Part shown: positions 1 through 11,071 of the stretch, in pieces
How positions within the stretch are numbered: position 1 is the first letter of the stretch
Layout: each line of letters begins with the position of its first letter
Assembly (NCBI RefSeq): GCF_026210795.1
Contig: NC_089435.1
Coordinates: 5,324,718 to 5,344,717 of the forward strand
DNA length: 20,000 nucleotides
Direction of reading: 5' to 3'
Source: Rhizophagus irregularis
Lineage: Eukaryota
Program-made: the position numbers and the translations under genes
The notes under the pieces: generated by a model
The model's database searches: none
What the model was told of the DNA's origin: nothing
The model's input: only the letters and a program-made list of their open reading frames with translations

Positions 1-1330
1 AAATAAAAAAGTTTCAAAGCCTTCCGCTTCAAAACTTGCCAATCCAAAAACCCAGGAATCGAAAGCTGATACCTACAAAAGAAAGAATAAAAATTGTTAA
101 AATTTTTTGACGATTTTTTTATAAAAAAAGTTTTGAAACTTAATGCATAAAACCTTCGATCCAAGAACTGATGCTAATACCTACAAAAGAAAGAAAGAAA
201 GAAAAATTTAATAAAATTTCTCAAGAAAAAATATTTTAAAAAAAAGTTTCGAAGCAAATGCTTCGAAACTTACCAATCTAAAGCTTGGGACCGATACTGA
301 TACCTATAAAAGAATAAAGAAAATTAAATAAAATTACATTTAAAAAAAGTTTCGAAACTTCACTTTAAAACTTACCGATTAAAAGTCTAAAGATCTGCCG
401 ATACTTACAAAGAAAGAAAAAAAAATTAATATAATTTCTTAAAAAAAAAAAATTAAAAAAAGTAGTTTCAAAACTCTCACTTCGAAACTTACTTATCAAG
501 AATTAAGAACCGAAGCCGATGCCTACCTACAAAAAGATGAAAAAAAAATTTAGTTGAAGTTTTTTTAATTTTTTAAAGAAAGTTTCAAAGCGAAAAAAAG
601 CTTCGAAACTTACCAATTCAAACCTGAGGACTGATGTTGACACCTACAAAAATGAACATTTAGTAACGTTTCGTTAAAAGTAAAGATACAAAAAATATAA
701 AAAAAAATTCGAAGGGTTTTACCTTCGAATTTTAGTCTAGAGCCGTTTTTCGGTATCTGAGATATAAAAATAATAAAAAATGAACGTTAGCGATGTTCGT
801 TAAACAAAAATATAATAAAAAAATTTCAAAGGTAAAGATTTTACCTTTGAAATAAGAGTCTGGAGCTGTTCTTCGGCATCCAGGACCTAAAAGTTTGATA
901 AAACGAACGTTAGTGACGTTCGTTAAATAAAAAATAAAAAATTATTATTTTTTTTTAAAATAAATTAAAAAAAAAATTATTATTATTTTTAAAAAAAAAA
1001 TAAATTAAGATTCAGAGGTAAGCATACCTCCGAATTCCAACTAAAATCATCGATAGATTCTATCTAGAACTTATATAATATAAAAAAAAATAATTTTTTT
1101 TTTTAAAAAATAAATTAAGATTCGGAGGTAAGCATACCTCTGAATTCCAATATCTTTGATAGGTTCCATCTAGAACTTATATAATATAATAAAAAATTAT
1201 TATTTTTTTTAAAAAAATAAATTAAAATTCAGAAATTAATATACCTTCGAATTTTAGGAATCTATATAATATAAAAAAAAATAATTTTTTTTTTAAAAAA
1301 TAAATTAAGATTCGGAGATAAGCATACCTC
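1..1330 (-). repeat. Degenerate tandem array (~12 units, mostly ~100-135 bp period) of micro-exon-like units with hairpin-bearing introns; runs off the window start
   Basis: The minus strand repeatedly reads poly-T/TAG acceptor, then a 30-42-nt exon, then a GTAAGT/GTAAAA/GTATGC donor. Examples are exons 40-72 (GC donor), 274-303, 493-522, 614-643 and 845-886. Hairpins at the donors: AGTTTCGAAGC-4-GCTTCGAAACT (245-270), AAAATTCGAAGG-6-CCTTCGAATTTT (704-733) and ATTTCAAAGGTAAA-3-TTTACCTTTGAAAT (823-853). Confidence 0.8.
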
Positions 1331-1398
1331 AGTAGTATGAAAATCCCAGTTCTGGCTCAGCACCACCATATAATCTAATTACTACCACTTTCATATAA

Positions 1399-1718
1399 CA
1401 CTGGTCAAAATTAATACTATCGGGTACCTATCGGGTACCTGATATGTGTACAATATATGTGATATATGTGTATGATATTTAACAATGCTACACATATCAG
1501 GTATCCGATATGTGTAGTAGAAATGTAGAAAAACGGTGACACATCATGTACATATCACATATACATCTTACACATATCGGGTAGTTAAATATCGGTCACA
1601 TATCATAGACTTATTGGGTATCCGATATATTATGATATATATCATATAGATATCATACAGATATCATACAGATATCAGACGGATAGATATAGGATAATGA
1701 TTTTGTATTAATACTAGT
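1399..1718. mobile_element. Foldback / CACTA(CMC)-like element end with subterminal GATATGTGTA-type repeats (partner TIR not found)
   Basis: Starts CACTGGTCAAAA at 1399 and carries many direct and inverted GATATGTGTA/TACACATATC copies. There is an 11-bp perfect stem at 1488-1517, an imperfect inverted repeat ~1436-1475 vs ~1545-1583, and tandem copies of TATCGGGTACC (x2) and GATATCATACA (x2.5). Confidence 0.45.
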
Positions 1719-1974
1719 AGATTTATAATTTAATTCAGGCAAAAAAATTATAAAATGCAATCATAATTTATATATTTTTTTAATTTTAATTCAAAACTTT
1801 ATTACAATTTAAATTTATTTACACTTTTTAATTAAAAAAAAACAATTATACTAATTATACTTGAATACTTGAATAAATATATATAATATATAACTTCTAC
1901 TAAAAGTAGCATAAAAATAAAATCACTTGTTTGCTTATACCTGTTTGATTATTTAAAAGAAGCATTAATGATAA

Positions 1975-2198
1975 ATATATTAGTAAGAGAAAAGAGAATG
2001 TTATTAAAAAATATTAGTATAGATATATAAATATAGAAAATATTAGTAGAAACATTAGCAGAAAGAAAAAGTTAGTAGAATAAAAAATGTTAGTAGAAAG
2101 AGAACGTATATCAGTAGTAATATAATATTAATAGAAAATATTAAATAGTAAAAATGTTAATATAGTAGAAAAAAATAATAAAAAATATATTAGTAGGA
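1975..2198. repeat. Degenerate A-rich minisatellite (TTAGTAGAA-like motif)
   Basis: Recurring tagtag/tagtagaa motifs separated by A-rich spacers, with strong A/G strand skew. Confidence 0.5.
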
Positions 2199-2201
2199 GT
2201 T

Positions 2202-2286
2202 GATCATCCTATCTCAGTAGTTGGTTACTGAGACCCTCATTAAGCCTGAGTATGGTGAGGTCGCAGGTTCGATTCCCATAATCATG
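2202..2286 (+). pseudogene. tRNA-like sequence (tRNA pseudogene or SINE-type head)
   Basis: B-box GGTTCGATTCC at 2266-2276, preceded by GAGGTCGCA. An A-box-like TAGTTGGTTA sits within the stem TCTCAGTA/TACTGAGA (2212-2233), and there is a possible anticodon arm CTCA-ttAAGcc-TGAG. The T-stem and acceptor stem pair poorly. Confidence 0.4.
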
Positions 2287-4241
2287 GAAATAAAAAGAAT
2301 TTTACTGCGGACGCTACTACTAATAGCGTGAAAAAGTATAATTTAAATTAATTTGAAATACGCGTTATTATAAAAAATTTTCTTATATTCACTTTGAGAA
2401 GAGAAGAGAAAATTTCTTTAAAAACAAATAAACAAACTACAAATTAAAAAATTGTAAATAACACACGCAAAATCAATCATGCAATTAAAACACTTATTGT
2501 TGATTTTCGTCTTTACTATTGTTTTAGCGAGTAAATAATCACCTTAAAAAAAATTTTCTTTTTTACTAAATGAATTCTTAATAATAATTTGATTCATTAT
2601 ATTGACACAGATGCAGCACCATTTGATCCTAACAATAAGATGGCCTCAGATGTAGATTGCATATCAACAGACTTTGAGAATTGTTACCGTATAACAGGGG
2701 CAGTATGATACAGATTTCAGAGGTTTTGACCTTATACCCCCCACCATTGCGTGAGTTTTATTAGTTTTATTATTAGTAGATATGTATAAAACTTATATAA
2801 TAATTGGGTATTTATCATGAGTAATACTTAGGTATTATTAAAGTATTTTAAATAATAAATCGGTAGAAAATGGGAGTTCTTTTTTGTAGGGTACTGTGCA
2901 TGGGGGGGGTTACTGTGGCCCGCAAAATACGGTATTTCGTCAAACACTACTGATCTACTGCATTTTGGTAAAGCATTTTAATAAAGAAGCTCGTTATCTA
3001 TAATTGAAAATTAATTTGTAAAAACTAATACCTATTACCGATCGTGCTCGTCATGATTGTCTTTTCGGCTGTAAAATATATAATGAAATTAAATGAACTA
3101 GAAGCATCAAAGCGCCAGATGAAAATGTGTTTACTGAATTGTGACATAAAATATCACATTCGATCAGTATGTGTGTGTGTATTGAATAGTACGAAAAAAT
3201 TTTTGTGCCATACTCTTTTTATCGGCAACTGTATATATTTCGAACCTGACGCACGCAATGATAAAACAAAAAATAGATAAATAAATAAATAAAAGCGATT
3301 ACACATATACATGCATGTATTATAATAAATAAATAATAAACAAATATAAATATATAATAAAAGCATTCTCATTAATTTGTTTATTAGAATTATTAAAAAA
3401 TCAATGAAATCATTTCTATTATAATCTTTTTTTATTCAATTTGAATTGACCGATTCATGATCAATACGGATACAGAGCCACAATATTATGGTAGTAAAAT
3501 ATATAGTATACTAGTATTCATAATTATAAATTCAAATATATATATTATCATTAAAACATTTGATCGATATTTCAAGCAATTTGCTCATCCCATATCAATT
3601 TTAATTGAACATGGCGCAACACAGAAAAACATGGCAAAATACGCTTATACACATCCCTTACTTCTCCCTCATTTTCACATTATTAATTTAAAATGACTTT
3701 GAAAATTTTAACACGGCGGCGCAATTATGAAAATGAAGTATAATATCAAGAGTGATCCCTGTAGGACTATTTTATTTTTTATCTTGCTAACTCCAGAATT
3801 TATACTACAAATCTTAGATACAAGTGAAAATTGGGTAATGGATGAGGTCAAAAATCTGGTGTATGAGATTATCATAGTTAGCAATATTAACAATAAAAAA
3901 GAAATTTTTCCAAACTGTAAGAAAACAATGAATTAGTATGGTGCAGAGACTCGCATTAAAATGATCTAGATACGCATATCCCTTCCCTTGAAAGCATGTC
4001 ATATACATATTTCACTTAATTGCAAAAAAATCACTGCTAATATGTTATATTACATAAAATTTTTGCTTTGGGTGCGTAATGTAAAATTAAATTTGCATAT
4101 ATCTTTTTATTACATTAATTATAGAGAAATAAGATAATTAAAACAAACACTATAAATGACTATATAAAATAAATCCGCATTAATGTTTATTTATTCTTTT
4201 TCTTTTTTTTTCTTTTTTCACCACCTTTTTTTGATGCTTCC

Positions 4242-5456
4242 TTAATTTTCTTGTTGGTTCAAGACTACCTGTTGAATTTGAAATAGGTCAATAGTAAAGT
4301 TACCAAGAGTAACTGTTGGGGGAACAATGGGGACATATCCAGCAGCAGCAGGAATCGTCGGCGGGTCCCAGAAAACTGCATTTACTGGGATAATTATTTG
4401 AAATGCGGGGATATTAGGAGCATTACAACCAGAGAGGTGAGCATTGTCTGTTGGATGTCCTAATTGGTGAGTACCGAAATCCCACTAAAATATATTGAGG
4501 TTATTAAGACGTTTTGATCAAAAATAAAAATTATAAATTAGCATCTTACCGTTAAATATCCAGGTACTCCTTGCTGAAATAACATCGCTGTCATTGATCT
4601 GTAGAAACGTCCTTGCAGATCCCGCGTTGTCCTTTTTTCATGAAATTTAATACCAAGTACATATCTTACATAAACTTGATTTAGCCAATTTTGGCATTTA
4701 TTTCTCAAGTTACCAATACTTTGTGTATTGGCTACTTCACAAATAATTCGAGCATGTGGATTCCCCTAGACGAAAAATATTAATGTTAGAAAATCGTAAA
4801 TCAAATATCAGGTATTACAAATCTAAAAAAAATACATTTTTATCTCCAGGAGGAGGGCCAGGGTATGGAACAATAGGTTGTTGGACATGATTCCCATTTG
4901 GTTTAACCATAACATCCGAAGCTATGAATTGTCCCATTACAGTAGGATTAAAATGGACTAAAAGAGGGATGTAAAATATTTGAGAATCAATTATATATAG
5001 ATTGAGAACCAAATATACTAGAGGAGTTCTCTTACATCCATCACCGGATACACTTATTGGTTTGTTAAGAATGACTCCGCCATTTGCAATGTTAAAATAG
5101 TCTTGGAGCAACTCGACAACAGCATTATGTTCTGGGTCGCTCATATCGATCACATACACGTCACCATTAGTTCTATGTTCGTATTTGTACCCAGAAGATT
5201 CTTTACGTTGAAGAAAATTATTGTACTCTTCTGCAGTTATTTTTGAGCCAATCTTACAAGGAAAACTGTCATTCATACAAGTTAATACTGAACAGATATA
5301 AAATAACTTGTGTATGATGCCCACTCACCTGCTTTCACTTAGTGGTTCGTCTTTTATTTCTGGATGTGGTTTAAGTAGTTTCTTTAAATTTTTTAGAGTC
5401 TCCTTCGCTAACCACACACCAGGAATATAATGTAAACGATGATTTCGACTAGACAT
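4242..5456 (-). CDS. Uma2-like PD-(D/E)XK restriction-endonuclease-fold protein, 312 aa, 5 exons (5456-5329, 5265-5036, 4957-4836, 4765-4550, 4484-4242)
   Basis: Manual splicing through four GT-AG introns (63, 78, 70 and 65 nt) gives an open 939-nt frame, MSSRNHRLHY...QQVVLNQQEN*. Motif order matches Uma2 (PF05685): ITAEEY..., YEHRTNGDVYVIDMSDPEH, IASDVMV, RIICEVANTQS...KCQNW, VRYVLGIK. The ORF track entry 4815-5324 covers exons 2-3. Confidence 0.88.
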
Positions 5457-8400
5457 TTTGGATACTTCTAAAGGGTAATATTTTTTTCGTAATTATAATG
5501 ATAAATGTGATCCGATTTCGCATCAATTGCAAAATTTATTTCTAAAAATACAATTTTGCTAGTCGTAATTGTGTCCTTAAAATGTTATTAACTAACTTAT
5601 TGGGTTACTCCTTGAAATAATAAACTCCTGATTACTGATAAATGGATAATTGTGATCCGATTTCAGAACAATTAATATCAGTATTTATTATTTCGTTAAA
5701 AAATTTGTGCTACAAATCAATTTTTTTGATGATGTAATGCCACAAGTACTGTTGTACTGTACAACGCTCGAATTTTTCGTGTAACTGAGTTCCGAAGAAA
5801 TAAACCTTTCACGCCACGCCGAAATTGCTACATATTTGAAAGGTAAGTGTAGCACAAAATGTCTTCAGAGTCCGGCTATTAATTTACTTAATTTGCTAGG
5901 AAACTAATTTTTCAAAAAAAACCATTTAGATATAAATATCGGCCTGTTTTCCTTTATCTGAATAATTTACCGCAGTTGTGGCGCAGTTTCAAGGTTTGAA
6001 TTCTCTGATGTTCTAAGTTGTTCTAAGTTTTGCGAACGTCGGGTATTATATATATGAAAGAGAGTGGTGATATATTTTCTAAAACCAAAATATAAGAGCA
6101 ACCAGTACTTTCGTATTGATATAGAACAAGAGAAATGAGGTGTATTCTTTAGCACTATTTATACGAAATCTGTTGAAAGTGAATAAATAATAGTTTCCAC
6201 TGCGGCACTAGGTGATAAATAATGCTATATTTCTCTTTTATTTGGTCGTAGGAGTTATGTTTACAACAAATGTCCTGGATTTTTAACTACAGAGAAAGAA
6301 GCAACTCGCTCGAAAGAAAAAGAATCAGTTGATAAGTTATTTCTTTTGTATGCAGTGGTACAAAAAGTACGAAATAACAGAATTACGTATTTTGTGCTCC
6401 TTGTGCTCCAAGTGGAATATTACTTGTGGTGGGACAGATAAAAAATATCATTTACGTAACGTTACTAACGTGATATGTACACTATTTCACCTTTTTTATA
6501 TTTTTTTTCTCGCAGTTGAGCAGTTTTATGATCAAAGTATTTCTTGTTGCTCTCCAAAGCGAACATATATATTAGCGAACATATATATTGTATTCGATGA
6601 ATGTAATATATGACAAGAATATTTACTTTGGAGTAATCCTCGTACTATTATTAGAATCTGAACGTACATGGAATCCATATAGATTTGCGAAGTTACTGGA
6701 GTATCCCGAGTGGTAAAAATTTCGGAGCTAGACGAGTGCTAGACGGATAGAAAAGTTAACAAATAGGATCAGAGTATTTATTCATAGAATAGTTTTCGAT
6801 GGAGCTCTGAAATTGCAAACATGAAATGATTTCACTATAATTACAGTAAGTATTGTACTAGCTCATTGGCATGGTGTCTAATATTAAGTGTCATCTGTAT
6901 TCTGTTTCAGTGAGTCATATTTTATTCTCTTCGGTTTGTGCGGGTTCTCACTTAATCACTTTTAATAACTTGTATGCAAGCGATAACTATGCTTTGTGGC
7001 TTAGCTTACACGAAATATAGTATGTATATCAATTACAATTACGTGACTACTTTCTGAACAATTAGTCCTTCATGTGTGTTGATGCGAAGGTATGGTGCTT
7101 ACGACTTGATGTAACAATTATCAGGGTCCGTACAACTTTCGTTTTACGGATATTCTCCTTTTTCTTCCAAACTCGTTTATCTCACTCCAACTTGTTTTTA
7201 TTCGTTCAAGCTAAAACGTTTTATGTTCACGCAACAAGTTTTGAGATGCTTGCGTTAGCGAAAAAGATTAAGAAGATACTACCCTATGTAATTTTTACGT
7301 AAAGAAGAAGAGTTACATCTCGACGAGATGACTTGAAATTAATTCGCAAGCTAAAGTCAAGTTTTCTCAAGATACACGAATGATTTTGAACTACATGGAG
7401 TGGAGTTGGGGCTTGCAACAGTTCCCGTGGCTTTCGCCAACGAATGCAGAGAAAAAAATCTTCATTGTTCTCATACAAAAATAAGACTTAAAAGGGTTTT
7501 CAAAATATGCGAAAAGATGTGTGAATAACAGACATACCAGAATCTACACCAAGTAAGACTTTTTTGTATATTATCTTGATCGCAGCATTCTTTTGATACA
7601 ACATAACTAATACAAGTATTTTGCTTATTTATGAAAAGAAATTCATAACATAGATGATGAGGACGGGGCTTTGTTGCACTGTATTATGACTCAGACTAAG
7701 CAATATGGGAAGGGTCTTGAGCGATTCGCTGTGAATATATTTCAGTTATCATCCACTCATATATCCGTATGGTCAAAACTTGTCTGTTATCGGAAAAAGG
7801 AATTTCACTAAATCCGTAATTCAAAGTAGCTGATGAAGAAAATATTTGATGCATTGGTTACACAATCAAGCATTTAGGAGTTATTTCCAATGCTGCTTTT
7901 GGTAAAGAATATGACTTATAATGTGTCTAAAAAAAGCAACCAGCAGACTCAGTCTGTGGAAATGCCACAATGAGAAGGAATAAAACGAGAAATGATATGT
8001 CATAGACGGTAATTATTTTTAACGGATGGATTTTAATATCAACAGCAAAATTACAAATAGTAATTCTGTTATTTCCTGCACCGAACACATAGTGTTAAGT
8101 GGTCCCATCAGATAACGCCCAGTGTCATGGCACTAAGCTCCTGGTAGTATAGAACACACCGCTTCCCCCTTATCTTGGGTTTCGATAGAGAAGTAAGTAG
8201 TTTTTGCACTACAATAATAATATGTATTTATTTAATTCGATTTGCCCTATGAACGTAGGTTCCTAGAACCCCTCCTCTACGCTTTAGCGCCCTTCAGGTA
8301 ATTTCAGTCATAGACTGCTCAAAGAGCACTTCCTTCGAAAGGTCCATAAATGGACTGGAATGGGTCGAGGGCCTCCTCGTTCCTCGAAAAATCATAGGGA

Positions 8401-10360
8401 TTTTTTGCGACCATTGATCTACTTCGTACCCTCCGGGTATTAATCATAACGTATAAATGATCGTCATCACAAACCCATTAATGGGTACTTCTCTTCTAGA
8501 TGGAATCTAGGGCAAGATGCTCAGTTCATAGAGTCGGAGACTGGGGCTATGCCCAAAAATGTAAATACGTGTTTATGGATGATATCGTTGATATTAGTAT
8601 CTTCCCTTGGCCAGAGATGAAAACTTACTTGGAATAAAGTTCACATTAAAATACGTCTGCGAAAAAATGTAGTCATTCGTTGATCCAAGATATTTGGAAA
8701 GATGCATAGGATATGAATCAACGTGATAATAAGGAGGTAAAATACATCTCGCTATCATTATGTGTTTTCATATTATCCAACAATAGATACTGACTGATTT
8801 TTTTATGTATTTCGTGATCACAATTAAAGGTGGGTAATGAACAGAAATATGACGTGTAAGCTTGCCCAGTGTCATATGACATCGATCCTTAAGGGTCCTA
8901 TGTCATGTGTTCATAGATAACTGAAACACGGAAAATGTAATTTATTATGTATATAGCAAGAAGCTCATTTGGCATTTATTTTAATAAACCATAATGGACT
9001 AACTATTATGTGAAGAGCAATTTTTCATTACATGCTTATAAAGAGCGTGAATATTTGATTTAACTGTATCGATATTAAAATAGATTGAAGTTTGTTGTGA
9101 TTGTATTCAATTTTTTATGAAGTGTTACTTTGTAGAAAAAATCGAATCCATGGATACCAGTGCTTCGTGAGAGAATTGTATACAAGTTTTTGCGTTCTTC
9201 GACAGAGTGATCGTATTGCGATGTTCATATACCTAAAAGGTACAAAGTAGAACGGGTTTGTTCCTTTAGGTTCTATAACAAGTGCTGTTTTGTTCTACCC
9301 TTCCTATGAAGGAATCATGTGATACTCTTTTCTATGGCATAGAATGTAACGTGATCCTATCTAGTAACATGATGTCTGCAGAATATTTATTTGTAAAGCA
9401 GCGGCTCATGATCTAGTTATAATATTTGTTTATTCGTTTGTATCCTATATGAAAACATTTACGTGAATTTATTGATTACTTGTGTCGATGATTCATATTC
9501 CTTTTGGAGTTAATTATCCCGGTAAAGTAATGTTTGATTATGTAATCACTGGAACAAAATGCGAAACGTTAATTTCAGGATGTAAGTTTTCCAAGAAAGG
9601 GTTAGGTAACTTGTTTGGAAGCTTGGCAATTTTTTTCATTAACCGCAGTAATTGACAATGTGTTGGAAATTTATCGTAATTACACAAGAGAAAAAGAACA
9701 TAAAAAAATGTTTTTATCATGCGAAGTCGATTATGCAATTATATTTTTGGATAAAGATTGAGTGTTAGACTTTGCGTTATGTTCTCTGTTAGTTAGGATA
9801 GAAATATACAAATCACGGGATCAATGGCACATGACACTCTGAACATTTGCTAAGGGTATCATATGATCAGTGTTGCCGTTATATCTAAGAAGAGATATTT
9901 TACCGGATTATCATAGAGAAAATAATTGTCACAACATTACAGCAAAAATGGAATAATGTTCATTGGAAAATTGGCTGATAATGCAGTTTTTCGATTTATT
10001 CTATTGTTGATGGATCATCGTTAATTAAAGAGAAGAGATAATGTATCAACCAAATGCGAATAACTAATAGTAGAAAAAAGAGCTGTATTTTAGGTCGCAG
10101 TTATTCATGTTATTACAGTGTAATTACATTTTGTTCAGATTGTCATATGATAACACTGGTACAAATTTTTTTTCGGCTAATGATATCCTGGACTATTATA
10201 AAAACCGTAATCGATCAATAACGCAAGAGACAAAAAAAGTTATTACCTCCCGTTTCTTTCGCAAAAATACCTAGGTATGAAGCGGTGCAAAATCCCATTT
10301 ATGCATTAGCTTACGACAAGGCGCGCTTTGAATGAGCCGACCGTAACTAGAAATACTAAA

Positions 10361-10558
10361 CTGTAAGTGACCGGTGTAACAGTTGTAGGATCGCCAAATT
10401 ATGGTTTTTCGGGACACACAATGTACAGTATGACTAAAAATGTATACTAAAATTGTATGACAAAATTGTATTTAATTTAAAATTGTATAAGCTAAATTGT
10501 ATCAAAACCCACATAAGTCCGTAATTTCAATGTTCTTGAAATTGACCGATCCTTACAG
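10361..10558. mobile_element. Possible small TIR element with internal AAAATTGTAT repeats
   Basis: CTGTAAGTGACCGGT at 10361 vs the reverse complement of the right end, CTGTAAGGATCGGT. TA is present on the right flank only. About five copies of AAA(A/T)TGTAT lie at 10437-10502. Confidence 0.35.
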
Positions 10559-10897
10559 TAATAACTAGGCGAGATATATCCATCTACCTCGGCCAATTAT
10601 ACTGCCTTGAGTTCCTCAAGTCCGATGTGGTAACCCCCATCTTTAGTGACCAGTCAAAACTTCTATGACAAGAAACATCACCATACGAAAAGAAATCAGT
10701 TCCAAATGGAACACGTTGCGCAACTTGATTTCATACTAAGGATTTTTCTTTGTTCAATTACGTTATAAATTTTTTTTTGTCAGAAAAACTACTAGACTAA
10801 TATTTGAGAAGATGTATACGGGAAATTATCATTCCAAATTATGACGATTATGAATAGTCACACAGCAAGACAATCTACTTTTGAAGGGGAACGTCTA

Positions 10898-11071
10898 AAG
10901 CCGTGTTCGATCACGTGATTTTGAAAAATTCATCACCCCCTACATCACACCCCTTTTTTCCATTTTTACTATTTATCCTGGGGACTTAGAATTTTCGGTG
11001 GGTGGAATTTTATTTGTCGCGCCATCTTGTCACGTAGTTAATATGAAAAATCACGTGATCGAACACGGCTT
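10898..11071. mobile_element. MITE with perfect 25-bp TIRs (Harbinger- or Tc1-type; TSD ambiguous, TA or TAA/TAG)
   Basis: AAGCCGTGTTCGATCACGTGATTTT (10898-10922) is the exact reverse complement of 11047-11071. The flanks are CGTCTA on the left and (T)AGACG on the right. Confidence 0.8.

Noticed and set aside
1..1330. CRISPR-like array (palindromic repeats with ~30-nt variable segments)
   Set aside because: The context is eukaryotic with no cas genes. The repeats are divergent, the 'spacers' are homologous to one another, and they are bounded by splice signals.
2604..2750. Possible orphan exon on the plus strand (…DAAPFDPNNKMASDVDC…), bounded by CAG and GTGAGT
   Set aside because: It has an in-frame stop, no neighbouring exons and no recognisable family. 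The ASDV resemblance to the Uma2 gene is too short to mean anything.
3044..4008. Six short ORFs from the ORF track
   Set aside because: They overlap on both strands, are dominated by AT-rich codons and show no motifs or consistent splice structure.
4815..5324. 169-aa ORF as a standalone gene
   Set aside because: It is read-through of introns around exons 2-3 of the spliced 4242-5456 gene.
9598..9607. GGGTTAGGT as an interstitial telomere seed
   Set aside because: It is under two units long and expected by chance.
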